From contig JAPLSQ010000058.1 of the NCBI GenBank assembly GCA_026398535.1, positions 34,339-98,338 of the forward strand: a DNA stretch of 64,000 nucleotides, written 5' to 3'. Shown one piece after another: positions 34,950-43,391 of this stretch; positions within the stretch are counted from its first letter, which is position 1, and each line of letters starts with the position of its first letter. This DNA is from Candidatus Sumerlaeota bacterium. GTDB taxonomy: Bacteria > Sumerlaeota > Sumerlaeia > Sumerlaeales > Sumerlaeaceae. Under the pieces are notes generated by a model that ran no database searches, was not told the DNA's origin, and saw nothing but the letters and a program-made list of their open reading frames with translations. A program made the translations under genes and the position numbers.

Positions 34950-37248
34950 GATGAATCCCAAACCCGCGCGCGCCGCGACAATAACGGCGCTTGTCATTTA
35001 TGCGGTTGCGGTGCTGTTCGTGCTTGCATGGGCGCAGACACCCATTCTCGCGCCGTCAAACATCAACCGCACACAAGCTGCGCTCGAACCCCTGCGCTCG
35101 GTCAGCGATTCGGTTTTTATGTTCAGTCAGGGGGGGCTCATGTCCAACAACAACATGCCCTGGCGCGCTCTCGGCATTTTTGCGCTGTGGTTGTGCGCGC
35201 TCAGTTCGCTGGGCATTGGTGTGTCGCGCGGCATTTTCCCGGCAGGGCTTCTGTGGGAGGAACGCCTGCTCTTCGGTTTCGGCGCCGGATACATCATCAC
35301 CGGGCTTGCCGTGCTGTTTGCCGGTCTGGCTGGTTATGCCACACCCGACTCCGCCGCGCTCATCATTCTGCTTGCGCTGCTTGCGGGGCTTTGGCTCTGC
35401 AGACGCCAGATCGCCGGCATCCTGCGGCGGCGTCCGCCACCCCACACGGACAACCACGGAGAACACGGAGAACACGGACAAGCACGGACAAACACAGACA
35501 AACACGGAGAACACGGAGCATGGCAGGCATCATGGCGCGCTCCGCCCCCCCCCCGGCCGGACAACTGGCGGGTTGCCACGCGGATACTCCTTTTTTTCCT
35601 GTGCGCATTTATGGCCGCCGGATTTCTTTACGCCATGACCCCGCCCATTCAGTCCGACGCGATGCGTTATCATCTTGCGGCGCCCCAGGAGTGGCTCAAA
35701 ACGGGGCGCATCACTTTGTTGCCGCTTAACGCCTTCAGCAATTTCCCTTTTTTGCCCAACATGCATTATATGATTGCTCTGGCATGGGATGGGCCAGAAG
35801 CGTCGCAGATGATGCACTTCGCCATGCTGGCGCTTGTTACCGCGGGACTGTGCGGCTTCGTGCGCCGTTTCGTCGAGCCGCTTTATGGTTCGCCGCCTCC
35901 GCGCTCCGCCCCTTTCATCCGGCTTGTTGTCGCAACCATGTATGCCGGGGTTCCCGCGGTGTTCATTGTGGCGTCATGGCCGTTTGTGGACCAGATGTTC
36001 GTGTTTTTCGTCTTTGCGTCGCTTTACTCCATGCTTCTGGCATTGCGGAGCGGGTCACTGGCGGCTTATGTGTTCACCGGTGTGATGATGGGCGGGGCGC
36101 TTGGCTCGAAATACACGGCGCTTATTTTTTTCGGTGTTCTCATGGCGCTTGCCCTGATTGAGCTTTTCGTTGTCCGCCCCCCCCCCGACGCCTGGCGCGC
36201 TGGCGGCGCGCCGCCGCTAATGGCTCGCGCGCGCCGCTTCGCCGTGTTCGTTTTTGTTGCCGTCCTTGTCGGGTCTCCATGGTTCATAAAGAATGTCGTT
36301 TTGACCGGCAATCCCGTTTATCCTTTTGCCAACCAGCTTTTCGGCGGCGGCGACTGGTCAGGGGCCAATGCCAGGCTCTATGAAAGCAAGATGCGCGAAA
36401 AAGGTGAGACGCCCGCGCTGACGGCGTTTTTCAGATCGCCGGTCAAGGCAACCTTTGAGTGGACGCGTTATGAAGGGCAATATCCAGGCGGGGCGCTGGC
36501 GGGCGCGCTCATTGCCGCCGCCGCCGCCGTTGTCATGCTCATTCTGCGGTACCCCCCCCGTGAAAAACGCGCCGGGGCGCTCTATTACACTGCCGCCGCC
36601 GCCGCGCTCTACTATGCCTCATGGTTTGTGAGTTATCAGAGCAACCGCATGCTGGCGCCGTTTTTTGTGATGGCGCTGCCGCTGGCCGCCGTGTTTTTTC
36701 ATGAGTGCCGCATCCTGTCGCGCGGCGCTCTGGCTCTGGCGCTGGCCGTGGCATTGCTGTGCGCCGCCCACGGCATGTTATGGGCGCTCCAGTGGGAATA
36801 CCTGCGCGCCGTGCCGCCCTCCATGTCCTACTTCAACGGTTCGATGTCGCGCGACGAGTATCTTGTGCGCGGACTGAACTTCCGCCAAGCCTATCTTTAT
36901 CTCAACGAGCGTGTCAAACCGGATGAAAGGGTGCTGCTGATTGGCGAGCATCGCATCTACGGGGCGCAGTTCAACGCGATCTGGAGCGACTGGTTCGACA
37001 CGCCCGCCGTGCTCCACATCATGCGCGCCAACAGCATCTCCAGCCCGGCGGCGCTTGAGGGCGCCCTCAGGCTCGCGGGCGTGCGATGGATCCTCGTCAA
37101 TGAAACGGAGATCGCGCCTCAGAACGAATTGTACTGGAGACCGCGATTCACGGCCGAAGAATGGAAACTGCTGCAGACATTCCTGGAAATCCAGTCGCGC
37201 AACCGCATCAACATCCCTCCGGGCGTGTCGGTGATCAGGCTCCCCTGA
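34933..37248 (+). CDS. polytopic GT-C-like (family 39/83-like) glycosyltransferase; possibly two genes fused through a repeat
   Basis: 771-aa ORF, more than 12 hydrophobic helices; residues 171-207 are repeat-encoded; segment after the repeat (TM helix then IQSDAMRYHL loop) looks like a canonical GT-C N-terminus. Confidence 0.45.
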   Translation: MAEDHEMNPKPARAATITALVIYAVAVLFVLAWAQTPILAPSNINRTQAALEPLRSVSDSVFMFSQGGLMSNNNMPWRALGIFALWLCALSSLGIGVSRGIFPAGLLWEERLLFGFGAGYIITGLAVLFAGLAGYATPDSAALIILLALLAGLWLCRRQIAGILRRRPPPHTDNHGEHGEHGQARTNTDKHGEHGAWQASWRAPPPPRPDNWRVATRILLFFLCAFMAAGFLYAMTPPIQSDAMRYHLAAPQEWLKTGRITLLPLNAFSNFPFLPNMHYMIALAWDGPEASQMMHFAMLALVTAGLCGFVRRFVEPLYGSPPPRSAPFIRLVVATMYAGVPAVFIVASWPFVDQMFVFFVFASLYSMLLALRSGSLAAYVFTGVMMGGALGSKYTALIFFGVLMALALIELFVVRPPPDAWRAGGAPPLMARARRFAVFVFVAVLVGSPWFIKNVVLTGNPVYPFANQLFGGGDWSGANARLYESKMREKGETPALTAFFRSPVKATFEWTRYEGQYPGGALAGALIAAAAAVVMLILRYPPREKRAGALYYTAAAAALYYASWFVSYQSNRMLAPFFVMALPLAAVFFHECRILSRGALALALAVALLCAAHGMLWALQWEYLRAVPPSMSYFNGSMSRDEYLVRGLNFRQAYLYLNERVKPDERVLLIGEHRIYGAQFNAIWSDWFDTPAVLHIMRANSISSPAALEGALRLAGVRWILVNETEIAPQNELYWRPRFTAEEWKLLQTFLEIQSRNRINIPPGVSVIRLP
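35443..35554 (+). repeat. decamers + ATGGCAGGCATCATG + C10 run inside GT-C-like ORF
   Basis: CACACGGACAACCACGGAGAACACGGAGAACACGGACAAGCACGGACAAACACAGACAAACACGGAGAACACGGAGC; ATGGCAGGCATCATG 35520-35534; C10 35545-35554 (codon-verified). Confidence 0.93.
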
Positions 37249-37281
37249 ACACGGAGAACACGGAGAACACGGACAAACACG
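37248..37281 (+). repeat. decamers forming the entire intercistronic spacer
   Basis: TGA(37246-37248)-ACACGGAGAACACGGAGAACACGGACAAACACG-ATG(37282). Confidence 0.95.
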
Positions 37282-38820
37282 ATGGAACCATCAACAGCGC
37301 AGGAAACCATTTCGGCCTCGGCAACGGTCTTGCGTTTAACGGCCATTGTTCTGCTTGTGGCGCTCAACGGTTTCTTTGTGGCAGCCGAGTTTGCCATCGT
37401 TCGCGTGCGTGCGACGAGAGTCAAAGCGCTTGCCCGGCGCGGATCGCACATCGCAATAATCGCCGAGCACATGCTTGGGCACCTCAACGCCTACCTGAGC
37501 GCCACGCAACTCGGCATAACGATCGCATCGATCCTGCTCGGCTGGGTGGGTGAATCAACCCTGCGCGTGAGCATCATCGGTCCTGCTTTCAAAGCGCTCA
37601 ACATCACCAACCCAACCTTGCTGCACGTTGTGTCGTTCCTTTTCGGCACGGGGCTTATCGTTTTCCTGCATGTTGTCCTTGGCGAACAGGCGCCCAAGGC
37701 GCTGGCCATCCAATTTCCTGAAATCACGACAATGTGGATCGCCTATCCCCTGAAGTGGTTTTATTACCTCCTGTATCCGATCATCACCGTGCTCAACAAT
37801 GCCTCGCTGCTGATGCTGCGGCTTGTTGGCATTCAACCGGCAACAGAGCATGACATGGGCCATACGGAGGAGGAACTGCGCATGCTCTTCTCGGCCTCCA
37901 CCCGCTCAGGCGTCCTGACCACGGAAAAGCGCGTCCTGCTGGAAAACGTGTTCGATCTTTCCCAGCGCATCGTCCGCCAGATCATGGTGCCGCGCACCCA
38001 GGTGGCCGCCTTCAACCTCCAGAAAACTCTCGCCGACAATATGCGCATCGCGGCGCTGACCGCCCACAGCCGCTACCCGCTCATCGACGGCGATCTCGAC
38101 CATGCCGTGGGACTCATCCACATGAAGGACCTTTTCTGGCAGCTCAAGGAGATGGAAGCCCCGCACCCCCCCCTGAGCGCCGAAGGCGGCGAAGACACTG
38201 GCGGCGCCGCGCCCGACGACCTCAACCCCATGATCTCTGGCGGCGACGTGGCGCTCAACCAGCCTGCGACCGGCGCCGAATTCCTGCGAAAGATCGCCCG
38301 CGAAGTCCCCTACGTGCCCGAAACGATGCGCATCGACAACCTTCTGCGCGAACTCCAGCAGAAGCACGTGCACCTGGCCATGGTCGTGGATGAATACGGA
38401 GGAACATCCGGGCTTGTCACCTTTGAAAATGTCATCGAGGAAATCGTGGGGGAGGTGCAGGACGAGTTCGACCAGGAGACACCGCTTATCCGCCGGATCA
38501 ACGACACGGAATTCGCCATCGACGGCTTCGCGCCGCTCACCGAAGTCAACGACGCTCTGGGATGCGACCTGCGCGCTGAAGATGCCGACACCATCGGCGG
38601 CTACATCCTCGCGGAACTTGGCCGCATGCCCGTGACCGGCGACCGGCTGAGCGCCGAGGGCATCGAACTCACCGTCAGCGAAATGCAACGCCACGGCATC
38701 CAGCGCATCCACGCGCGGCTGCTCGGCCAGGCCGCGCCCGGCGACGAACACGGAGAACACGGAGAACACGGAGAACACGGACAAACACGGACAAACACGG
38801 ACAAACACAGAGAACCATGA
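37282..38820 (+). CDS. CNNM/CorC-HlyC-family transporter (DUF21-CBS pair-CorC_HlyC)
   Basis: LNGFFVAAEFAIVRVR (DUF21), CBS pair, GGTSGLVTFENVIEEIVGEVQDEFD; last about 25 codons (DEHGEHGEHGEHGQTRTNTDKHREP) are repeat-encoded. Confidence 0.88.
   Translation: MEPSTAQETISASATVLRLTAIVLLVALNGFFVAAEFAIVRVRATRVKALARRGSHIAIIAEHMLGHLNAYLSATQLGITIASILLGWVGESTLRVSIIGPAFKALNITNPTLLHVVSFLFGTGLIVFLHVVLGEQAPKALAIQFPEITTMWIAYPLKWFYYLLYPIITVLNNASLLMLRLVGIQPATEHDMGHTEEELRMLFSASTRSGVLTTEKRVLLENVFDLSQRIVRQIMVPRTQVAAFNLQKTLADNMRIAALTAHSRYPLIDGDLDHAVGLIHMKDLFWQLKEMEAPHPPLSAEGGEDTGGAAPDDLNPMISGGDVALNQPATGAEFLRKIAREVPYVPETMRIDNLLRELQQKHVHLAMVVDEYGGTSGLVTFENVIEEIVGEVQDEFDQETPLIRRINDTEFAIDGFAPLTEVNDALGCDLRAEDADTIGGYILAELGRMPVTGDRLSAEGIELTVSEMQRHGIQRIHARLLGQAAPGDEHGEHGEHGEHGQTRTNTDKHREP
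38746..38816 (+). repeat. decamer block forming 3' end of CNNM gene and 5' junction of next gene
   Basis: GAACACGGAGAACACGGAGAACACGGAGAACACGGACAAACACGGACAAACACGGACAAACACAGAGAACC, then ATGA (38817-38820). Confidence 0.95.
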
Positions 38821-40208
38821 GCCAGCCAATGACACCCGCACAACTTCCGCCGCTGAAGAAGCGCGTCGAGTCCGTCGACGCTTTTCGCGGCTTCACGATC
38901 TTTGCCATGATTTTCGTGATCATGGTTGCCGGATACCGCAACCTGCCGCTGACCTTTCCGCATTTTGGCAGCGCGCCGGTGTCGACCTTCAAACACGCCA
39001 GCGAGGACGCCGCCCCCCCCCTACCGCGTGAATGGGCCTTCTGGCAGGGGCTCAAAACATCGGACCCCCCCCTTATTTATTATGCCGGCAAGCTTCTGGC
39101 CTGCGACACAAACTCAAGCTGCACGGTGGCGGTGCTTGGCGACAAGGACACGACGCTGGCCGTGGTGAGCGGGGCGCGCATCCGCGCCGCCAAGCCGCTC
39201 CGGCCCGGCGAGGAGGTGATCGCTCGGTCGCTCGCTCCGGCCCCGCCGCGATCCGGCGTCATGGGCGAACCGGTCAGCGAGTACGCCATCAGGCCGGACA
39301 GCTTCACCATGCAGGGAACCGGCAACGGATGCACATTCTGCGATCTTGTGGCGCCGTTTTTCGTGTTCATTGTCGGCGTGTGCATCCCGCTCAGCAAGCG
39401 CAAGCGCGGCGCCGAATGGTGGCGTCATGTGGGTTTCCGCACTCTCAGCCTCATCCTCGCCGGCGTCCTTTACATTTCGCTCATCCTCAAGCTTTCGTGG
39501 TGGTGGGGCATTTTGCAGGCCATCGGCGCGGCTTATTTCATGGGCGCGGTGGCGATGTTCCTGCCCGTCTGGGGGCGCTGGACAGCGATTGCTGTCATTG
39601 CGGCATTTCACGCATGGATGTCGTGGCATGTTCCTTGGTGGCTGGAGCTGGGCGACAAGACGCGCCCGTTCTTCACGATCGCCAACCTTCACGGCGACCC
39701 GCTTCGCCCCCTCACCGTGCATTGCACGCCCTGGGCGTCGATCTCATGGGGAATCATCGCCATCGCGGGCACGCTCATCGGCGACGCCGTCGCCGGCCGT
39801 GAACCGCGCGCCATCATCCGCCAGTGCCTTGTTGTCGGCGTCATCCTCACCGCCGCTGGCTGGCTGCTTCATATCTATCAGGCGCCGATGAACAAGGACT
39901 ATGTCTCGCCCGCCTATTCCGTGTTCACATCGGGGTTGGGCGCGCTGTGCTACCTCGTGTTTTACCTGCTCATTGACGCGGCGGGCCTGAAACTGTGGGC
40001 GTGGCCGTTCACCGTGTTCGGCGCGAACGCGCTGCTGGCGTATTTCATGCAGCCCGTTGTGCGCATCTTCTTCCAGGCGCTGGGACTGTACCCCTTCTTC
40101 ACCTCGCACGCCGGCTGGAACGGCGTGCTGTGGGGGCTGATCTGGACAACCTGCCTGTGGGTCGTTGTGCTTTGGTGCAACAAAAAAAACATCTATTGGA
40201 AATTATGA
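38817..40208 (+). CDS. DUF5009/DUF1624 acyltransferase-family membrane protein (heparan-alpha-glucosaminide N-acetyltransferase-like)
   Basis: RVESVDAFRGFTIFAMIFV N-terminal motif, about 10 TM helices; long first loop carries two C8-9 runs and repeat A. Confidence 0.6.
   Translation: MSQPMTPAQLPPLKKRVESVDAFRGFTIFAMIFVIMVAGYRNLPLTFPHFGSAPVSTFKHASEDAAPPLPREWAFWQGLKTSDPPLIYYAGKLLACDTNSSCTVAVLGDKDTTLAVVSGARIRAAKPLRPGEEVIARSLAPAPPRSGVMGEPVSEYAIRPDSFTMQGTGNGCTFCDLVAPFFVFIVGVCIPLSKRKRGAEWWRHVGFRTLSLILAGVLYISLILKLSWWWGILQAIGAAYFMGAVAMFLPVWGRWTAIAVIAAFHAWMSWHVPWWLELGDKTRPFFTIANLHGDPLRPLTVHCTPWASISWGIIAIAGTLIGDAVAGREPRAIIRQCLVVGVILTAAGWLLHIYQAPMNKDYVSPAYSVFTSGLGALCYLVFYLLIDAAGLKLWAWPFTVFGANALLAYFMQPVVRIFFQALGLYPFFTSHAGWNGVLWGLIWTTCLWVVVLWCNKKNIYWKL
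39270..39293 (+). repeat. 24-mer repeat A inside CDS (frame 1: PVSEYAIR)
   Basis: exact 24-mer; P152 codon at 39270 by codon count. Confidence 0.95.
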
Positions 40209-40376
40209 CAATATCGTCATTCCGCGCGATCAACAAGCCCCCCCCTGATTATTTAGATGCGGGAGAGATGCCCGCGATCCGATGCTCCGCCCCCCCCCCC
40301 CCGAAAATAAGCGCGCCTCCCGCCAATTTACACGGGCTTGCGCTGTATCAGGTTCATCAACGGCGCCGCGTCGCCC

Positions 40377-40416
40377 GACAACGAACACGGACAAACACGG
40401 ACAAACACGGAGAACC
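40377..40416 (+). repeat. decamer block abutting pckG start
   Basis: GACAACGAACACGGACAAACACGGACAAACACGGAGAACC-ATGA; C12 run at 40290-40301 and C7 at 40238-40244 further upstream. Confidence 0.93.
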
Positions 40417-42294
40417 ATGAGCATGACAATCTGCGGCGACACCCTGACCAGCAACAGGATCGTGAAAAACTGGATCGACGAGATGGCGGCCATGTGCCAG
40501 CCGGACAGAATCGAGTGGATCGAAGGATGCGACGATCAGCGCGACATGTTGCGCGATGAGGCCGCGCGAACGGGCGAGATCATTCCGCTTGATCCCGTCA
40601 AGTACCCAAATTGCTACTACCACCGCACCCATCCCCTCGATGTGGCGCGCACAGAGGACAAAACATTCATCTGCTGCCGCAACGAGAAAAACGCCGGCGC
40701 CACCAACAACTGGAAAGATCCCGAAGAGGCCTATCTTGAGGCTGCAAGCTTTTTACACGGCTCCATGCGCGGCCGCACGATGTATGTCATCCCCTTTTCC
40801 ATGGGCCCCATCGGCTCGCCCTTCAGCAAAATCGGGATTGAACTCACCGACAGCATCTACGTGGCGCTTAACATGATGATCATGACTCGCGTTGGCCGCG
40901 AGGTGCTCGACGCGCTTGGCTCAAGCGCCGATTTCACCCGGTGCCTGCACAGCAAGGCGGGCCTCGACCCCGACAAGCGCCGCATCCTCCATTTCCCCGA
41001 AGACAACACCATCTGGTCCGTGAACTCGGGTTATGGCGGCAACGTGCTGCTCGGCAAGAAGTGCCTCGCGCTGCGCCTGGCAAGCTGGATGGCATGGCAG
41101 GAGGGGTGGCTCGCCGAGCACATGCTCATTCTCGGCATCGAGGAGCCAACCGGCTATGTGGATTACATTGCCGCCGCCTTCCCCAGCGCCTGCGGCAAAA
41201 CAAACCTGGCCATGCTCGTCCCCCCGGAAGGGCTGAAAAGCAAAGGCTACCGCATCTGGACCGTTGGCGACGACATCGCATGGATCCGCCCCGACACCGA
41301 CGGGCGCTTGTGGGCCATCAATCCCGAGGCGGGATTCTTCGGCGTATGCCCCGGCACCAATTCGCGCACCAATCCCAACGCCATGGCAACCCTGCAAAAA
41401 AACACCATCTTCACCAATGTCGTGCTTGGCAATGACGGCACGATCTGGTGGGAGGAAGGCGACGGCGATCCGCCCGCCGGCGCCCTCGACTGGCTGGGCA
41501 ATCCATGGCATACCGGCAAAAAAGACGCCAAAGGCGGCGTGATTGCCGGGGCGCACGCCAACAGCCGTTTCACCGCGCCGTTGCGCCAATGCCCCTCGGC
41601 TTCGCACCGCGTGGAGCACCACCACGGCGTGCCCATTTCGGCGATCATCTTCGGCGGCCGCCGCGAGCGCCTGGCCCCGCTGGTGTACGAGGCGCTGTCA
41701 TGGAACCACGGCGTGTTCATCGGCGCCAGCATGGCAAGCGAACGAACCGCCGCGCAGTACGGCACGCAGGGCGAGGTGCGCCGCGACCCCTTCGCCATGC
41801 TCCCATTCTGCGGCTATAACATCGCGGAATATTTCAAGCACTGGATAAAAATGGGGCGCACCGTCAAACATCCCCCGAAGATATTCCATGTGAACTGGTT
41901 CCGCAAAGACGCCGACGGCAAATTTCTGTGGCCCGGCTACGGCGAGAACCTGCGCGTCCTCGAATGGGTGCTCCAACGCACACGCGGCGAAGGCGACGCC
42001 GTGCTCTCGCCCATCGGCTATCTTCCCACACCCGACGCTTTCGACATGACCGGCCTCATACTTTCGAAGGCCGCCATGGCAAAACTGCTCGAGGTCACTG
42101 GGGAAGACTGGAAGCAGGAAGCCAACAGTGTTGGCGAGTTTTTCGACACGCTCGGTCCTTGCATGCCTTGGGAAGTGCGCAACGAGCTGGAAGCCCTGCG
42201 GCGAAGGTTGGAGCCAGGGGAGAACACGGACAACCACGAACAAGCACGGACAAGCACGGACAAAGAACGAATAACACCCACAATCCTGCCGTGA
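40417..42294 (+). CDS. pckG: phosphoenolpyruvate carboxykinase (GTP)
   Basis: FPSACGKTNLAM (P-loop), WAINPEAGFFGV, NWFRKDADGKFLWPGYGENLRVLEW; last about 25 codons repeat-encoded. Confidence 0.95.
   Translation: MSMTICGDTLTSNRIVKNWIDEMAAMCQPDRIEWIEGCDDQRDMLRDEAARTGEIIPLDPVKYPNCYYHRTHPLDVARTEDKTFICCRNEKNAGATNNWKDPEEAYLEAASFLHGSMRGRTMYVIPFSMGPIGSPFSKIGIELTDSIYVALNMMIMTRVGREVLDALGSSADFTRCLHSKAGLDPDKRRILHFPEDNTIWSVNSGYGGNVLLGKKCLALRLASWMAWQEGWLAEHMLILGIEEPTGYVDYIAAAFPSACGKTNLAMLVPPEGLKSKGYRIWTVGDDIAWIRPDTDGRLWAINPEAGFFGVCPGTNSRTNPNAMATLQKNTIFTNVVLGNDGTIWWEEGDGDPPAGALDWLGNPWHTGKKDAKGGVIAGAHANSRFTAPLRQCPSASHRVEHHHGVPISAIIFGGRRERLAPLVYEALSWNHGVFIGASMASERTAAQYGTQGEVRRDPFAMLPFCGYNIAEYFKHWIKMGRTVKHPPKIFHVNWFRKDADGKFLWPGYGENLRVLEWVLQRTRGEGDAVLSPIGYLPTPDAFDMTGLILSKAAMAKLLEVTGEDWKQEANSVGEFFDTLGPCMPWEVRNELEALRRRLEPGENTDNHEQARTSTDKERITPTILP
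42219..42270 (+). repeat. decamer block at 3' end of pckG
   Basis: GGAGAACACGGACAACCACGAACAAGCACGGACAAGCACGGACAAAGAACGA. Confidence 0.9.
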
Positions 42295-42316
42295 GAAGCA
42301 AAGGCGCCGACTAAGA

Positions 42317-42430
42317 CCGCGAAATTCAGGCCGCGAAATTCAGGCTGCCGGATATCGCTCCGGCTGAATTTCGCGCAATCCTCTCCCTATTCGTCTTCCG
42401 AGAGGATCGTCACACGAATATACAATTCGT
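42317..42430 (+). promoter_or_regulatory. structured leader: tandem 14-mers and three hairpins upstream of metal ABC operon
   Basis: CCGCGAAATTCAGG x2 (42317-42344); either copy can pair with CTGAATTTCGCG (42364-42375); ATCCTCTC/GAGAGGAT (42378-42385/42400-42407); ACGAAT/ATTCGT (42414-42419/42425-42430). Confidence 0.45.
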
Positions 42431-42479
42431 CATACGGGAGTTTGCCGCCGGAAAATCAAGGCTGCAAGCGCTTGCGCTC

Positions 42480-43391
42480 ATGGCGGTTGTCGTGGTCTGT
42501 CTCGGAACGGAGAACCACGGACCCCCCCCTGAACCACGGACAACCACGGACATATCGGGTGTCAGGTTTGCGGTGACCAACTCGTGGCTGGAATGCTGTC
42601 TGCGCGATATCGCCGGCCCCCCCCCGCCTGACGCGGATGTGGCGCGTCTTTGTCCGCCGGGCTCGTGTCCGGGCCATTTTGACATAAAACCGGGCGACGC
42701 GGCTGTGCTTATGAAATGCCAGGCGCTGTTCCGGTTCGATTTTCAGAAATCTCTCGACGCCAGGATACAAGGTCTGCGCACCGAGGGTCCCGCAATCATA
42801 TCCATTCCTGCCCCCGATGGGCTGTGCATCCCGGATCGCTACCTTGAATCTTGCGAGTCAATTCATGATGAACTGGCAAGACTGGAACCCGGCAGGCGTG
42901 CGGTTTTCGATGCCGCGCTGACAGCCACACGCGCGCGGCTCTCGAGCCTGTCCGCGCAGGCGCATGCCACGATTGCGGATGCGCGGTTACCGGGCGTGCG
43001 CGTTGTTGTGTCGGGGCGCCAAGCCGCTTTCTGCCGATGGCTCGGATTGGACACGGTGAGCGCCTATTCCGGCGGGGAGGCCGCGTCGCCCGCGCAACTG
43101 CGGGCGCTTGTAGAGAAAGGGCGTGATGCCAGGGTGCGTTTCGTCATCACGAACCTGCAGGAGGGCCGGCAGATGGGCGAGGCGCTTGCCTATCATCTCG
43201 GCGCCCAAGTGGTCGTGTTCAGCAACTTCCCGGACATGACGAGTTCCCAGAACAGCTTCGACGCCCTGGTAAACATGAACATTCAGGCGCTGATCTCGGC
43301 CGCGGGCGCCATCAGGCACGGAAACCGGTCAGCGAGTACGCCATCAGGCGGACAAACACGGACAAACACGGACAGGCACGGAGAACCATGA
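42480..43391 (+). CDS. TroA/ZnuA-like metal ABC transporter substrate-binding protein (atypical, Cys-rich)
   Basis: VRFAVTNSWLECCLRDIAG...LCPPGSCPGHFDIKPGD...FRFDFQ follows the ZnuA pattern (v.tt..l.d....G...l...g.dpH.ye.p.d); start uncertain (see findings); 3' end repeat-encoded. Confidence 0.55.
   Translation: MAVVVVCLGTENHGPPPEPRTTTDISGVRFAVTNSWLECCLRDIAGPPPPDADVARLCPPGSCPGHFDIKPGDAAVLMKCQALFRFDFQKSLDARIQGLRTEGPAIISIPAPDGLCIPDRYLESCESIHDELARLEPGRRAVFDAALTATRARLSSLSAQAHATIADARLPGVRVVVSGRQAAFCRWLGLDTVSAYSGGEAASPAQLRALVEKGRDARVRFVITNLQEGRQMGEALAYHLGAQVVVFSNFPDMTSSQNSFDALVNMNIQALISAAGAIRHGNRSASTPSGGQTRTNTDRHGEP
42506..42551 (+). repeat. decamers with embedded C8-TGA module
   Basis: AACGGAGAACCACGGA-C8-TGAACCACGGACAACCACGGACA. 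Confidence 0.88.
43308..43387 (+). repeat. A 3' fragment + CACGGAAA + repeat A + decamers
   Basis: GCCATCAGG CACGGAAA, A at 43325-43348 (frame 2: RSASTPSG), CGGACAAACACGGACAAACACGGACAGGCACGGAGAACC, then ATGA. Confidence 0.95.

Noticed and set aside
40282-40416. N-terminal extensions of track ORFs through repeat blocks: pckG 40282, GT2 24139, DegT 25600, recX 18525, phosphodiesterase 19317, GxxExxY 49415, SulP 49948, kinase 51563
   Set aside because: The repeats cannot contain stops, so ORFs are artificially extended upstream. Family alignments and SD-like GGAG/AGGAG sites support the internal ATGs that I used.
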